A stretch of 38,709 bases of DNA from Fibrobacterales bacterium (GTDB lineage: Bacteria > Fibrobacterota > Fibrobacteria > Fibrobacterales > JAOPTW01), in assembly GCA_051532035.1 (NCBI GenBank), contig JAOPTW010000051.1, positions 1 to 38,709 of the forward strand, read 5' to 3'. A program made the translations under genes and the position numbers. Shown piece after piece: positions 26,903 to 37,094 of the stretch. The notes beneath the pieces are model-generated. The model did no database searches and was not told the origin of the DNA. It was given only the letters and a program-made list of their open reading frames with translations. Numbering within the stretch: the first letter of the stretch is position 1; the number at the start of each line of letters is the position of its first letter.

Positions 26903-28948
26903 ATGTTTAAAAATGTAAGCTTAAAAGTAAAAATGGTTGCCGGTGTTGGGAGTCCCCTTCTTTTACTGGTGGTATTATCAATAGTGGTATTTGGGAGTAT
27001 TAGTTCCCTCTTAACCAGTAACAAGATGGTTGATCATACACACAATGTTATTCAAAAGGCAATGGATATAGAAGCAGCTGCTGTCGATATGGAGACAGGG
27101 ATGCGTGGGTTTCTTCTTGCGGGTAAAGATGGATTTCTTGATCCCTATGTTGGCGGTAAAAACGCCTTTCAATCACGTGTGAAAGAGCTTAAACAAACTG
27201 TGAGTGATAACCCTGCTCAAGTGCAGCTCCTAAATGAGATAGATAATAATATCGGGGAGTGGCAAAAAAAGGTGACTGAGCCTACTATTGCCCTCAGGAA
27301 ACAAATACGTGATTCAAAATCAATGGATGATGTGAGAGACCTTATTAGAGAAGAAAAAGGAAAACAATACTTTGATGCTTTTAGAGAAAAAATAGGGCTC
27401 TTTGTGAGTCGTGAAAAGAAATTAATAGGCAAGCGACAAGCAGCAGTCAATAAATCAAATAATATTGCGGTGATACGGAAAAACGCAAATTGGGTGAATC
27501 ATACCTATGAAGTGATTGAAGAAGCAGATCTTATATTAGGTGAAGCGGTTAATATGGAGACTGGAATGCGTGGGTATATGCTTGCGGGTAAAGAATCATT
27601 TTTAGACCCCTATAATAATGGTAAAGAAGGGTTTACTGCAACAATTACGAAACTTAAAAAGGCCGTCAGTGATAATCCTGCTCAGGTATTATTACTGACT
27701 GAGATTCAAGATATTATATCTGAATGGCAAAAGAATGTTACCGAGCCGAACATCGTATTGCGTCGTCAAATAGGAGAAGCGAAATCTATGAATGATATGG
27801 CGGCTCTTATTGGTGAAGCCCATGGTAAAAAATATTTTGATAAGTTTCGTGGGCAAGTACATACTTTTATAGAGCGTGAAGAAAACCTAATGGGTGTTCG
27901 ACAAGAAAATGCTGAGTCTACCGGATCAACAGCCCAAACCGTTACCATTATTGGATCTCTTGTTACCATAGTGGCATGTGTGATTGTATTGTTGCTCATT
28001 GCAGGAAGTATTGTGACCTCGTTTAAAAGTATTTTTCAGGGATTGCAAGGGCTCAGTACTGTTGAGTTGACGGGAGTGAAAAATCAGTTTAATAGAATTA
28101 TTGACTCTCTTTCGAGCTCGGCAACTGAGGTCAATAGTGCAAGTCAAAATATTGCGAGTGGTGCGACAGAACAAGCTGCAGCGGTCGAGGAGATATCAAG
28201 TACTCTCGAAGAGTTGGCTTCAATGACAACACAAAATGCCGAAAATACTAAGAAGGCTAAAGAGTTATCCATAAGTGCAAGTACCACAACAAATACCAGT
28301 CGTGATGCTATGAAAAAAATGGCTTCAGCGGTCACTGAAATTAAAGCGTCGAGTGATGAAACTGCAAAAATTGTTAAAAATATAAATGAAATAGCTTTTC
28401 AAACAAATTTACTAGCCTTGAATGCGGCGGTTGAAGCGGCGCGTGCGGGTGATGCCGGTAAAGGCTTTGCGGTAGTTGCAGAAGAGGTGAGAAACCTTGC
28501 GCAGCGCAGTGCAGAAGCAGCAAATGACACCACTGTGCTTATTGAGAAGTCTCAGATAAATGCAGATAATGGTGTAGCGGCGACTACTGAGGTTGATGGG
28601 TTGTTAGAGAGTGTCAGTGAGTCAGTAGATAAAGTTAATTCACTTATTGCAGAAGTTGCTGCAGCAAGTACAGAGCAGGCCGAGGGTATTAATCAGCTCA
28701 ATATGACGGTGAGTAATATGGATAAAGTTATCCAAGAAAATTCAGCGGTGTCGGAAGAGAGTGCCTCGCAAGCGAGTGAAATGAATAGTATGGTGAATGA
28801 GGTTATTAAGATTGTACGGGGCACGAATGGTGTAGCTACTCAAACTCCGTTACAGCTTACCCATTCAGCTCAGCAAGTTACCAATCACTCATACGAGGTA
28901 AATAATGATTTTCGCAGTGATGATGACTCTAATTTGAAGTCTTTCTAA
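26903..28948 (+). CDS. Methyl-accepting chemotaxis protein with tandem CHASE3 sensor domains
   Basis: TM1, two HT..VI...METGMRG.LLAG...FLDPY...VSDNPAQ units, TM2, [29 protein letters not shown] before ATG 26903. Confidence 0.95.
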   Translation: MFKNVSLKVKMVAGVGSPLLLLVVLSIVVFGSISSLLTSNKMVDHTHNVIQKAMDIEAAAVDMETGMRGFLLAGKDGFLDPYVGGKNAFQSRVKELKQTVSDNPAQVQLLNEIDNNIGEWQKKVTEPTIALRKQIRDSKSMDDVRDLIREEKGKQYFDAFREKIGLFVSREKKLIGKRQAAVNKSNNIAVIRKNANWVNHTYEVIEEADLILGEAVNMETGMRGYMLAGKESFLDPYNNGKEGFTATITKLKKAVSDNPAQVLLLTEIQDIISEWQKNVTEPNIVLRRQIGEAKSMNDMAALIGEAHGKKYFDKFRGQVHTFIEREENLMGVRQENAESTGSTAQTVTIIGSLVTIVACVIVLLLIAGSIVTSFKSIFQGLQGLSTVELTGVKNQFNRIIDSLSSSATEVNSASQNIASGATEQAAAVEEISSTLEELASMTTQNAENTKKAKELSISASTTTNTSRDAMKKMASAVTEIKASSDETAKIVKNINEIAFQTNLLALNAAVEAARAGDAGKGFAVVAEEVRNLAQRSAEAANDTTVLIEKSQINADNGVAATTEVDGLLESVSESVDKVNSLIAEVAAASTEQAEGINQLNMTVSNMDKVIQENSAVSEESASQASEMNSMVNEVIKIVRGTNGVATQTPLQLTHSAQQVTNHSYEVNNDFRSDDDSNLKSF

Positions 28949-28960
28949 GGGAGGAAACAT

Positions 28961-29473
28961 ATGGCTAGTAATGAATCAACCATAGTGGATAGATTAGTGG
29001 AGAGTACTGAAGGGAAATACCTGACCTTTAAATTGGGGACCGAGGAATATGGTGTCTCAATTCTAAAAGTGCAGCGAATCATTCAGCAACAGAAAATCAC
29101 ACCGATCCCCCATACACCCGAATACATTAAAGGGGTGATCAATCTACGAGGGAGTGTTATTCCTATCGTAGAACTACGGGCTAAGTTTTCAATGGACTCT
29201 GTTGAAAATACTGATAATACCTGTATTGTTGTGGTGCAGGTGGCGTCTGCTCGTGGTGAAGTAGTAATGGGCTTCCTTATTGATAGTGTATCTGAAGTAC
29301 TCTATATTAGTGAAAGTCAACTCCAGGAAACCCCGACCTTTGGCGAAGGGATTTCTGTTGAATTTATTACGTCGGTTGCTAAGATTGACTCTCGAGTGAT
29401 CATGCTCCTTGATATCAATAAGATTATGTCGGTTGGTGATATGGAAGCGATGGCGGCGATTGATACTGAGTGA
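28961..29473 (+). CDS. cheW: Chemotaxis coupling protein CheW
   Basis: YLTFKLG.EEYG, GVINLRG..IPIVELR, GFLIDSVSEV; 12 bp after the MCP gene. Confidence 0.95.
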   Translation: MASNESTIVDRLVESTEGKYLTFKLGTEEYGVSILKVQRIIQQQKITPIPHTPEYIKGVINLRGSVIPIVELRAKFSMDSVENTDNTCIVVVQVASARGEVVMGFLIDSVSEVLYISESQLQETPTFGEGISVEFITSVAKIDSRVIMLLDINKIMSVGDMEAMAAIDTE

Positions 29474-29555
29474 GATGGTTAGGGATTGTAGTGTTTGTTT
29501 TATTTGTTAAAAATAGAACAGGCGGCTATGATTCAGCTATTATAAATACTTCATA

Positions 29556-29590
29556 GGCAGATACTTAAAACCCTCTGCCTTCTTTATTTA
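29556..29590 (+). terminator. Possible terminator of mcp-cheW
   Basis: AGGCAGA-N11-TCTGCCT followed by a T-rich tail. Confidence 0.45.
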
Positions 29591-29692
29591 AAAAGGTCCG
29601 AGCATTCCGGTGGGCGTATTTGGCCCCTTCTGGTCGTTGTAGCTCTCACAAGCTCAAGACAGGATACCTGAACTCGGAAGATTATTTAAATA
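29585..29692 (+). ncRNA. Candidate structured element, family 2 copy b
   Basis: UCCGAG-CA-UUC...GAA-CUCGGAAGA closing stem as in 24545-24647, with inner hairpins and an outer UAUUUAAA/UUUAAAUA extension; no clear promoter or U-tail. Confidence 0.4.
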
Positions 29693-29735
29693 GATTGTCT
29701 TTATTAATACGTTAAGCAGGCGTTCTTAGTCTTCC

Positions 29736-30118
29736 TTGAATTCAAATCATGAATGCAATAATCTAATTTCATTTATACAAACTGGCATACTTTTTATCGC
29801 ATTTATGTCAGCGTCAGTCTTTTCACAGGTTAACCCTCGGACCATAGTGATTCGTTCTTTTTTTTGGGGCAGGGTAATGGCATTGAAGTGTCCTATCAGC
29901 ATAGTATGGGTAGTGTAAATCGATTAGAAGCAGGTGTAGGTTGGAGTGCTGGTGATAATCATAGTTACTCAGGTCTTGCCGGGGTTTACCATTGGTCGTG
30001 GAATATTACTGATAAATTAAATTGGTATTGAGTTTCAAAAGTTAGGAGCACCTATTTTACTAGGAATCGACGTCAGAGAAATGTGGAACGTTGGTGGATA
30101 TTCTGGTTTGGGTAATCC
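29736..30118 (+). pseudogene. Disrupted outer-membrane beta-barrel protein gene
   Basis: Three consecutive frames join: signal+QVNPRTIVIR / GNGIEVSYQHSMGSVNRLEAGVGW...GVYHWSWNITDKLNWY* / GIEFQKLGAPILLGIDVREMWNVGGYSGLG. Confidence 0.75.
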
Positions 30119-30276
30119 AAATGTATTAAAAATTGAGTGTTGTAAACTCGATAAAGTATGGTTGAGTTGTTCCGCGCTATTATTTTTTTTGTAAGTATCA
30201 AAAAGATGTTTCGGATTTGATACAGGCATGCCACTGTTTAATGAAAAACTGATCAAAAGCATCATCGTTGATGGGG

Positions 30277-31119
30277 TTACTGCTTGTATCTGTTTGTGAG
30301 AGGGCTTGAGGTGTCGAGATCAAAAGTTGAGTTGTTTTTTGATATGTTGGGTGCTGATTCAGTTGTGACCATTGAAAGGTGCAGTGTATTGAGTAGTTGA
30401 TCTTTGGTAAAGGGTTTCGGGATGAAATTTGTTGCACCTGCATCAAAGGCTTCAACCATGTGTTCTGAAGAAGAGTTTCCCGTGACCATAATTATGGGAG
30501 TAGTTTTGTTAATAATTCTCATTTCTTTTAAGGCATCAATGCCATCAAGGTTTGGCATCTGCCAATCGAGGATAACAAGCTTGAACTGCTGTGATTTAAA
30601 AAGATTGAGGGCTTCGACACCATCACATGCTTCTACAATGATGTCAAAGGAGGGGTCTTGCTCAATTGATTTGCGCATAGCGCTACGTATAATCGCTGAA
30701 TCATCGGCAATGAGGATTGTGTTACTACTTATGTTTTTACGCTGTTCTTGATAGATGCCGAGTACTTTGTTGACTTTGTTTTCGAGCGCCATAGCATTGA
30801 AGGGTTTAATGATGTACTCATTTGCTCCTGCGGTAACAGCATTTATGATACTTTCTTTATCGCCTGCCGAGGTACAGATAATAACGGGAATTGATTTGTT
30901 TCGCTCACGTATGTTGAGTAGAGCATCTATTCCATCCATTATCGGCATATACCAATCAAGAACAACAAGATCGTAGCCGAAGCAGCTTCTCGTGAGCTCA
31001 TCTAATCCCAGTTGTCCATTTTCAGCTTCGGTAACAGACTCAAAGCCGAGTTCTGACATGAGAATACCTTTAATGATTCTCCTAACCGACATGGAATCTT
31101 CAATAATAAGTGCGTGCAT
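30277..31119 (-). CDS. Tandem CheY-like receiver protein without output domain
   Basis: Two intact REC domains: IEDS...LDWYMP.MDG...IKPF and ADDS...LDWQMP.LDG...PKPF. Confidence 0.9.
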   Translation of the reverse strand: MHALIIEDSMSVRRIIKGILMSELGFESVTEAENGQLGLDELTRSCFGYDLVVLDWYMPIMDGIDALLNIRERNKSIPVIICTSAGDKESIINAVTAGANEYIIKPFNAMALENKVNKVLGIYQEQRKNISSNTILIADDSAIIRSAMRKSIEQDPSFDIIVEACDGVEALNLFKSQQFKLVILDWQMPNLDGIDALKEMRIINKTTPIIMVTGNSSSEHMVEAFDAGATNFIPKPFTKDQLLNTLHLSMVTTESAPNISKNNSTFDLDTSSPLTNRYKQ

Positions 31120-31122
31120 TGG

Positions 31123-31179
31123 TACTCACATATATACAATTGTATATGTGAGTATATCATAATTCGAGGTATTGAGCAA
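31123..31179 (-). promoter_or_regulatory. Promoter with overlapping 32-bp inverted repeat
   Basis: Minus strand TTGCTC-17-TATACT (31179-31151); TACTCACATATA-N8-TATATGTGAGTA at 31123-31154. Confidence 0.65.
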
Positions 31180-31429
31180 GGGGAGTTGTCCTGTAGTATA
31201 GTATTCTCAATATATTATACAAGTACTTCGCTGCTATGAGTAAATGTAACAGACTGTATGACGTGTAAGTACAGCGGTTTTGTTGAAAGGAGAATAAACT
31301 ATATGAGTTGGGGAAATCTACAAGCGGCATGGTTAATGAACAAGCGGTTCATCAATTACAAGGCATAGTGAGTACATTAAAAAACATTAAGATGATTATT
31401 GATGCAAATAGAGTCTACTTAGAAAATGC

Positions 31430-33844
31430 CTAATAACTCATCTTAACGGTCAAACCCATAGTCCGAGGGTCTTGATAATTAGCCCAAATATGTGACCGTC
31501 CCGAAGTACTAATAATAGTTCTATTGAGCACTGCGGTATTTTCAATGTTCTTGATATAGAGTTGCAGTGATACATTCTTCTTTGGACTCACGAGTGAAAG
31601 TCGCAGATCACTTTTCGTATATGCTTCTTGCTCTGTGCCGGGTGCATTAATGTCATTGGTCCAAAAACTACTTGAGTAATAGGTTTGGAGGTACGGAATT
31701 ATGGCCACGCCATTTGCAAATACAAATTTATAACTAATTTGAATGGACGCAGTAAGGGTAGGTGAAAGAGGCACCGTACTCTCTTTAAGATTTACATAAT
31801 TGAGTGCAGTGAGGTCAGTAGAAATTTCTATACTGTCTGGGGATACTTCAACGGTATCAGTCCAGACTGCTGGGTCAAATGACTGAAAGTAAGAAGAATC
31901 TTTTTGTTCAAAGGGATTTGATACAATGTAGTCTCCAAAAGTCGCTTCGAGTAAAGAGACTGTTGCACCAATATTCCAGTGGGGAGAGGGGATCCAATCA
32001 AGGTCAGCTTCAAGACCCATCGCATCAATTGCCCCTGCATTAGAGGTGTATGGTAGGACTGTTTTATCTACAGTGACGAGTTCTTGGCTCTGCATTTCTC
32101 TGTATCTATTGTAAAAAACGGCACTGTTTATTTGTAATGAGTTGTCTAAGAGGGGTGTTTTAAAGCCCATCTCATACGCAGTAACGGTTTCTTCGTTAAA
32201 GGTAGGGATGGAGCCATTTGAGCTGTTGAATCCACCAGTTCTGAATCCAGTAGAAACCGATGCGTATACAAGAGCATTGTTAGATAGGGTGTAATCGATG
32301 CCACTGCGCCAGGTGATATTATCCCAGGTGTTTTCATTACTATCTACTTTAGTCGCCTCAGGAGACCAACTCATAGGAAGGTACCACGAGTCTGCTTTTC
32401 GAGTTTCTCGATTGAATCGTATGCCACCAGAGAAGTGAAGGTTATCAAATGCGGTATAGCCCAGTTGGGCAAAGAGTGATCGTATGGTTAAAGTTGTTTC
32501 ATCGAGGGTGGCCCATTCATACTCTGGGGTAGGAGTGCCCGTTACTGAAGTGGGCGTTGTGGATGTATTGTCGTGATCAATCGCAGACTGAAACTCATCA
32601 TAGATATATGCACCATAGGTGTCGTCTCTATCGCCCATACGAGAGAACTGATAGTATGAGCCTAGCAGCCATTCAAAAGGACTTTTGTCTGTCGAGAGGA
32701 GCTGGAACTCTTGAAAGTAGTCCTTAGAGTGTGAGGGAGTACCTACTGCAGCAAAAGGTGTATCACTGAGGTCACCGTCAACCCACTGGTCAATAGAAAA
32801 ATCGTTGTATGCTGAGATCGATTTAATTATGCCATATTTAAAGGAGGCATTGATGGTGAGGTTGGCGTGATTCGTTTCTGTTTTTACTGAGTTGGGGTAG
32901 TCTCGATAAATTGCATAGGGGCCTTTGTCGGGGGTGCTGCCAAAGGTTCCATTTCGTGGATTTGTTTTTACAAAATCGCCATTAATATCCGTAAGTCCTG
33001 TGGTGGGGTTAATCACTGACCCTAGGACCATATAGCCAAAGTCACCATTACCATTTTTATCTTGCAATGATCTGTTGACTCTCAAGGTTGCTTCAAAATG
33101 GTTACTGGGATTAAAGCGCAGTGCGGATTTAAAAGCCCATTGATTTTCATCTTTGAGATTGTCTCCGTTGCCACCATGAAGATTCTCCACATAGCCATCC
33201 TGTACTTCTCGCATACCTGCAACTCTCAGTTGGAGTTGTGTACTCAGTGGAATATTGACCAGTGCTTCTGTGCGCATGCGGTTATAATCACCAACGGTGA
33301 TTTGGGCTTTATATTCGAGGGAGTCAGAAGGTGCATGGGATATGACATTGATTGCACCACCAAAAGTGTTTCTGCCATAAAGTAAGCCTTGAGGGCCGCG
33401 GACTACTTCGATGCGTTCAACATCTAAAAATTGAGAAAGAGCCTGAGTAGTGGAGGGTATATACACGCCATCTATGAAAACTCCAACTACTTGGGCGCTC
33501 CCTGTTCTAATGTCATTGGTACGAGTGCCACGAATTGAAAGCCGTGCATCAGAACCTGATTCTCCATAGCGTACTCCTGGAGCAAGGAGTTCAAGAGCGG
33601 ATACATTTTGGATATCACCATTCTCTATGTCGTGGGAAGTGAGGAGTGTGACTGAAACCGGTACTGCACTGATGCTCTCTTCTCGCTTTTGTACCGTAAC
33701 TTTCTGCTGCATAAGTTCTAAAATAGACATATCAAATAAATCTGAATAAGGGTCACTTTCGTTACTGTGTGAGAATATCGGCAAAAGAAACACTAAAAGA
33801 GCAATTGCTCTAATGAGTGTACTTTTGTCTAGAAATAGTAGCAT
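31430..33844 (-). CDS. TonB-dependent receptor
   Basis: Signal peptide, VTVQKREESI..VPVSV, IRG, GVFIDGVY, DVERIEVVRGPQGLLYGRN..GGAIN, C-terminal PRTMGLTVKMSY. Confidence 0.95.
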   Translation of the reverse strand: MLLFLDKSTLIRAIALLVFLLPIFSHSNESDPYSDLFDMSILELMQQKVTVQKREESISAVPVSVTLLTSHDIENGDIQNVSALELLAPGVRYGESGSDARLSIRGTRTNDIRTGSAQVVGVFIDGVYIPSTTQALSQFLDVERIEVVRGPQGLLYGRNTFGGAINVISHAPSDSLEYKAQITVGDYNRMRTEALVNIPLSTQLQLRVAGMREVQDGYVENLHGGNGDNLKDENQWAFKSALRFNPSNHFEATLRVNRSLQDKNGNGDFGYMVLGSVINPTTGLTDINGDFVKTNPRNGTFGSTPDKGPYAIYRDYPNSVKTETNHANLTINASFKYGIIKSISAYNDFSIDQWVDGDLSDTPFAAVGTPSHSKDYFQEFQLLSTDKSPFEWLLGSYYQFSRMGDRDDTYGAYIYDEFQSAIDHDNTSTTPTSVTGTPTPEYEWATLDETTLTIRSLFAQLGYTAFDNLHFSGGIRFNRETRKADSWYLPMSWSPEATKVDSNENTWDNITWRSGIDYTLSNNALVYASVSTGFRTGGFNSSNGSIPTFNEETVTAYEMGFKTPLLDNSLQINSAVFYNRYREMQSQELVTVDKTVLPYTSNAGAIDAMGLEADLDWIPSPHWNIGATVSLLEATFGDYIVSNPFEQKDSSYFQSFDPAVWTDTVEVSPDSIEISTDLTALNYVNLKESTVPLSPTLTASIQISYKFVFANGVAIIPYLQTYYSSSFWTNDINAPGTEQEAYTKSDLRLSLVSPKKNVSLQLYIKNIENTAVLNRTIISTSGRSHIWANYQDPRTMGLTVKMSY

Positions 33845-33959
33845 ACTACCCTCTAACTTATCGCCCGTAGGTGCTCGTGCCTCTCTTTATAGTGTATCAT
33901 ATGTTGGTACTATATCCTATACATAAGCCACAATGGGGTAATATAATGGGGTAGCCGCT

Positions 33960-35972
33960 CTAAAAACTCCACCCCATATTCACACTCCCACTAAAAAGTG
34001 CGAATCCCGTCCTAAGAGTATGATAATACTGATAGCCGCCACCACCCGTTACGATAAAATAAGCCCCCAGTGGATTAATGAGAAACTTAGCCTGAAGCTC
34101 TGCTTGGGCTTTCACTGTGTCAAAAGATTTTTCATACCCTTTAGGTCCCACTATTGCATAGTCATAGGAGAAGGGGAGACTCAGTTGGAGAAAAATCGGT
34201 GAAATAAATGAGTAATCTGGCATTCCTGGTACGACATCTTCATCGATAATTCTATAGAGGATATGAGTAAAGAGTTGTGCATAGTGGAGTGACTCCTTTT
34301 TAATACCAAGATACGGGTCATGAGCATAGGGCTTGGTATAGAAGTAACTGTATTGGAGTTGCAGGTCAAAGTTGCCAATCCCTTTGAGGTGCGTCCCAAT
34401 AAAGAGGTCGGTGTTTTGCACCTTTGCTCGTGATGAGTCTAGAGCGTTGGTATATGATTGTTGCAGGCTATCGCGAATAAACACTTCGGCTGTGTCGATA
34501 CGAGTTTTCATATGCTGCATCTCTTCAATCTGTTTAATAGTGAGTGTGGTGCTATCCTTACTTAATGAGTCGAGAGCGTACATGGTTCTATCAACCATAC
34601 TGAGTGCACCGTGGCTTTTGGGGTCTACCCCCCACCACTTCTCGGAATCAAACAGTAAGCCTCCATAAAAATGCCAGCCACGGGTGTACTGTACTTTACT
34701 CATAAAAGGGAGACGTATGGGGCGATAGATCGCATAGTCAAGCTTAATAGCCGCCATGTATCGGTCGCGTTCTAGGGTGATGCCCGGTTTTATAAGTGTG
34801 CGTCCTGCAGTATTGCCGTCATAGAGTATACGAGTCGGGTACGTGTAATCCTGAATGTTCATATTCATATAGAAGAGATCGAGCATCAGTTTATCGGGGC
34901 CAATAAAGCGTGATAGTTTCATTTTACTATCAATTTGATTGGCGGCCCCTTGTTGATCGGGGTACCACTCCATAAAACCACTATTAAGTTGTGAGCTTAC
35001 TCCAACCTCCCAGTGAACATCCATGAGAGGGTAGAGGTTAAAAGAACGTTGTGCACTCGCGCCAACATTCAATACCTGTATGGTTGCAAAATCATTCCAC
35101 CCATTAACGGCGTGATTTGGGTTGTCACTATTAAAGAGCATAGAGCTGGCCACCATACCATCTTCGATATCCATTTTTTTAGCATAAGCCTCTAGAGTGA
35201 GAAGAGGATGACGGAGTCTGAGTCTCACCATGGTGTTGTAAATATCTGAGCCGTTGTCGTGGGTCGCGATGCGCGTAACGTCATCATCAAAGAGAAGGTC
35301 GCGCCACTCGGCATCCCTTACCCAAATGGCTTCACTGGCTCGTGACCGGGCAAAGTCGGGGCTATCAAACTCACTGAGGCCACGGGTGTATCTACCGGTA
35401 TAGGTGAGAAAGAGCTCGGGGAGATAATAGTCAGAGGCATCGAGGGTTTCGTAGCGTGCGGGCCACGACCATGGAGTTATGGGGAGTCCGTCCTCTTGAT
35501 ACATTTTACTGTACCCCCGTTGTATCCAACTATAGAGATTGCGATCAACTTCTGAAAGAGAATCAAGGGTTCCTCCATATTTAAATTTCAATTTTTCAAT
35601 TGCACGGAGGTAGTGTAGTTTACCCTGCTCACGAAGGGGAACCATAGAGCCCCGCACTTGAGTAAGATAATTTGCATACCAGAGCTCCCAACCTGGTTCT
35701 TGTGGGTCAAGTGCAATCGCTTTTTTATAGTGCTCTTCTGCACGAGAGTCACCGAGTCGTTTCATGAGCTCGGCTACCACACAGTGTTGTTGACCAATGA
35801 GGGTTGTTTCGTTTGCGAGTTGCGCATCAACAAATACTTCAGCATCATTAAGGTTGGTGCTCATGAGAATACCTTCGGCCTCTCCGTAGCATGAGAATGA
35901 GTTTGACCATGCTGGTGATGTTCCGAGTGTGATAATAATGATACTTGATAAGAGTTTTGAAATAGAAATCAT
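33960..35972 (-). CDS. Exported protein with N-terminal TPR and probable outer-membrane beta-barrel
   Basis: Signal peptide, TPR-like LGDSRAEEHYKKAIALDP, amphipathic strands, terminal GSVNMGWSF. Confidence 0.65.
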   Translation of the reverse strand: MISISKLLSSIIIITLGTSPAWSNSFSCYGEAEGILMSTNLNDAEVFVDAQLANETTLIGQQHCVVAELMKRLGDSRAEEHYKKAIALDPQEPGWELWYANYLTQVRGSMVPLREQGKLHYLRAIEKLKFKYGGTLDSLSEVDRNLYSWIQRGYSKMYQEDGLPITPWSWPARYETLDASDYYLPELFLTYTGRYTRGLSEFDSPDFARSRASEAIWVRDAEWRDLLFDDDVTRIATHDNGSDIYNTMVRLRLRHPLLTLEAYAKKMDIEDGMVASSMLFNSDNPNHAVNGWNDFATIQVLNVGASAQRSFNLYPLMDVHWEVGVSSQLNSGFMEWYPDQQGAANQIDSKMKLSRFIGPDKLMLDLFYMNMNIQDYTYPTRILYDGNTAGRTLIKPGITLERDRYMAAIKLDYAIYRPIRLPFMSKVQYTRGWHFYGGLLFDSEKWWGVDPKSHGALSMVDRTMYALDSLSKDSTTLTIKQIEEMQHMKTRIDTAEVFIRDSLQQSYTNALDSSRAKVQNTDLFIGTHLKGIGNFDLQLQYSYFYTKPYAHDPYLGIKKESLHYAQLFTHILYRIIDEDVVPGMPDYSFISPIFLQLSLPFSYDYAIVGPKGYEKSFDTVKAQAELQAKFLINPLGAYFIVTGGGGYQYYHTLRTGFALFSGSVNMGWSF

Positions 35973-35974
35973 AC

Positions 35975-36811
35975 TTACTCCTCCATGCCGGTGATAATGT
36001 TGAACTCTGTACTATCACCAATCATAGGTTCGGCACTCCAAGAAATACTATCGATACTGACCTTGAGATGATAGTCACTAACAGGGATGCCCGCTCGGGT
36101 GTACCATGCAAAGGCGTTGATGAGAGGACGTGCTTGCATAGCATCATCGCAATCCTTGGTGGTGTAGGTGGGAGGCTTGACTTCTTGTGTGGATAAAAAA
36201 TCACACTGAGAAAATCCAGAGAGTTTAAACTCATACTTTTCCCAAGTGTCGGTTAATTGAATAACGGTCTTCTTGGCATTGTGCGACCATATGTCGGAGT
36301 TGGCACTTCCGATAATTACTTTTATCGAGTCCGTTTCATCAGGTTCATAGGCACGTATCCATGCAGTTACCTTTTGAGCTCTTTTTGAAACGTAAAAGCG
36401 GGTTGGGCTTTCGCCCCAGTTAAAACGGTCAAGCCAGTGCATACCAAAGTAGCGATCTTCATCTTGTGCTATCACCTGATTATATTCAATGGTGTAACAG
36501 CTTTTTGATTGCTCACTTTCGGTGTAGTGTGAATCGCTTACGCATTTACCTTTCAAAAGTGATACGGAGTGGAGGTCACTCTCTTCGAGTGCGCGCAGTG
36601 AATCAATAGACACATTGACACTGTAGACATCGCCGACCCAGCCTTCAGGAATAAAATAGTGGTTCACATTCATAGGCATAGGAACAATACTGTCTTGTGT
36701 CATTAATAGTTTTTGATCAATAGGTTCAAGTTGATACGGATCTCCAGGCTCTGTGCAGTGTAGTAAAGACAGGCAGGATAGGGTGGTAAGTGCGTAGTAT
36801 AACTTTTTCAT
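35975..36811 (-). CDS. Lipoprotein with carbohydrate-binding-module-like beta-sandwich
   Basis: Lipobox-like LLHC; FIPEGWVGD...GMHW...NWG...KVTAWIR...LTDTWEKYEF...IDSISW pattern of galactose-binding-like folds. Confidence 0.65.
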   Translation of the reverse strand: MKKLYYALTTLSCLSLLHCTEPGDPYQLEPIDQKLLMTQDSIVPMPMNVNHYFIPEGWVGDVYSVNVSIDSLRALEESDLHSVSLLKGKCVSDSHYTESEQSKSCYTIEYNQVIAQDEDRYFGMHWLDRFNWGESPTRFYVSKRAQKVTAWIRAYEPDETDSIKVIIGSANSDIWSHNAKKTVIQLTDTWEKYEFKLSGFSQCDFLSTQEVKPPTYTTKDCDDAMQARPLINAFAWYTRAGIPVSDYHLKVSIDSISWSAEPMIGDSTEFNIITGMEE

Positions 36812-36957
36812 AGTACTCCCTTATAAAAGGTACATAAGGCTGTGTAGTGTTGCTCTGTATAATACATAGGTTAAAAAGTACGCGATCACTACGTTCTTTT
36901 ATTTACTAAAAGGAAGAATTACCCTTCAGCCTAATGTTTATCGATCCTCGCGGGTAG

Positions 36958-36976
36958 TTGTTACTTCAAGTAACAA
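36958..36976. promoter_or_regulatory. Palindromic operator candidate in the divergent promoter
   Basis: TTGTTACT-TCA-AGTAACAA. Confidence 0.55.
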
Positions 36977-37094
36977 AACGCTTCCCCTCATTTGTTGTGA
37001 GAATATATCTTTTAAATAAGAGCAGACGCAAACACATTCATAACTTTATGATAAATTTAATCGTCACATAAGGTTTACACAGGAGAACATACTT

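Noticed and set aside
29660..29675. TPP riboswitch (ATACCTGA-like motif)
   Set aside because: No CUGAGA or other TPP core elements, and no thiamine gene downstream.
29858..29869. Active phase-variable switch
   Set aside because: A second independent lesion downstream would keep the gene broken even if the tract slipped.
31287..31433. Small plus-strand ORF (…MVNEQAVHQLQGIVSTLKNIK…)
   Set aside because: Frame starts after a stop, no properly placed RBS, no recognisable motif; cannot be supported.
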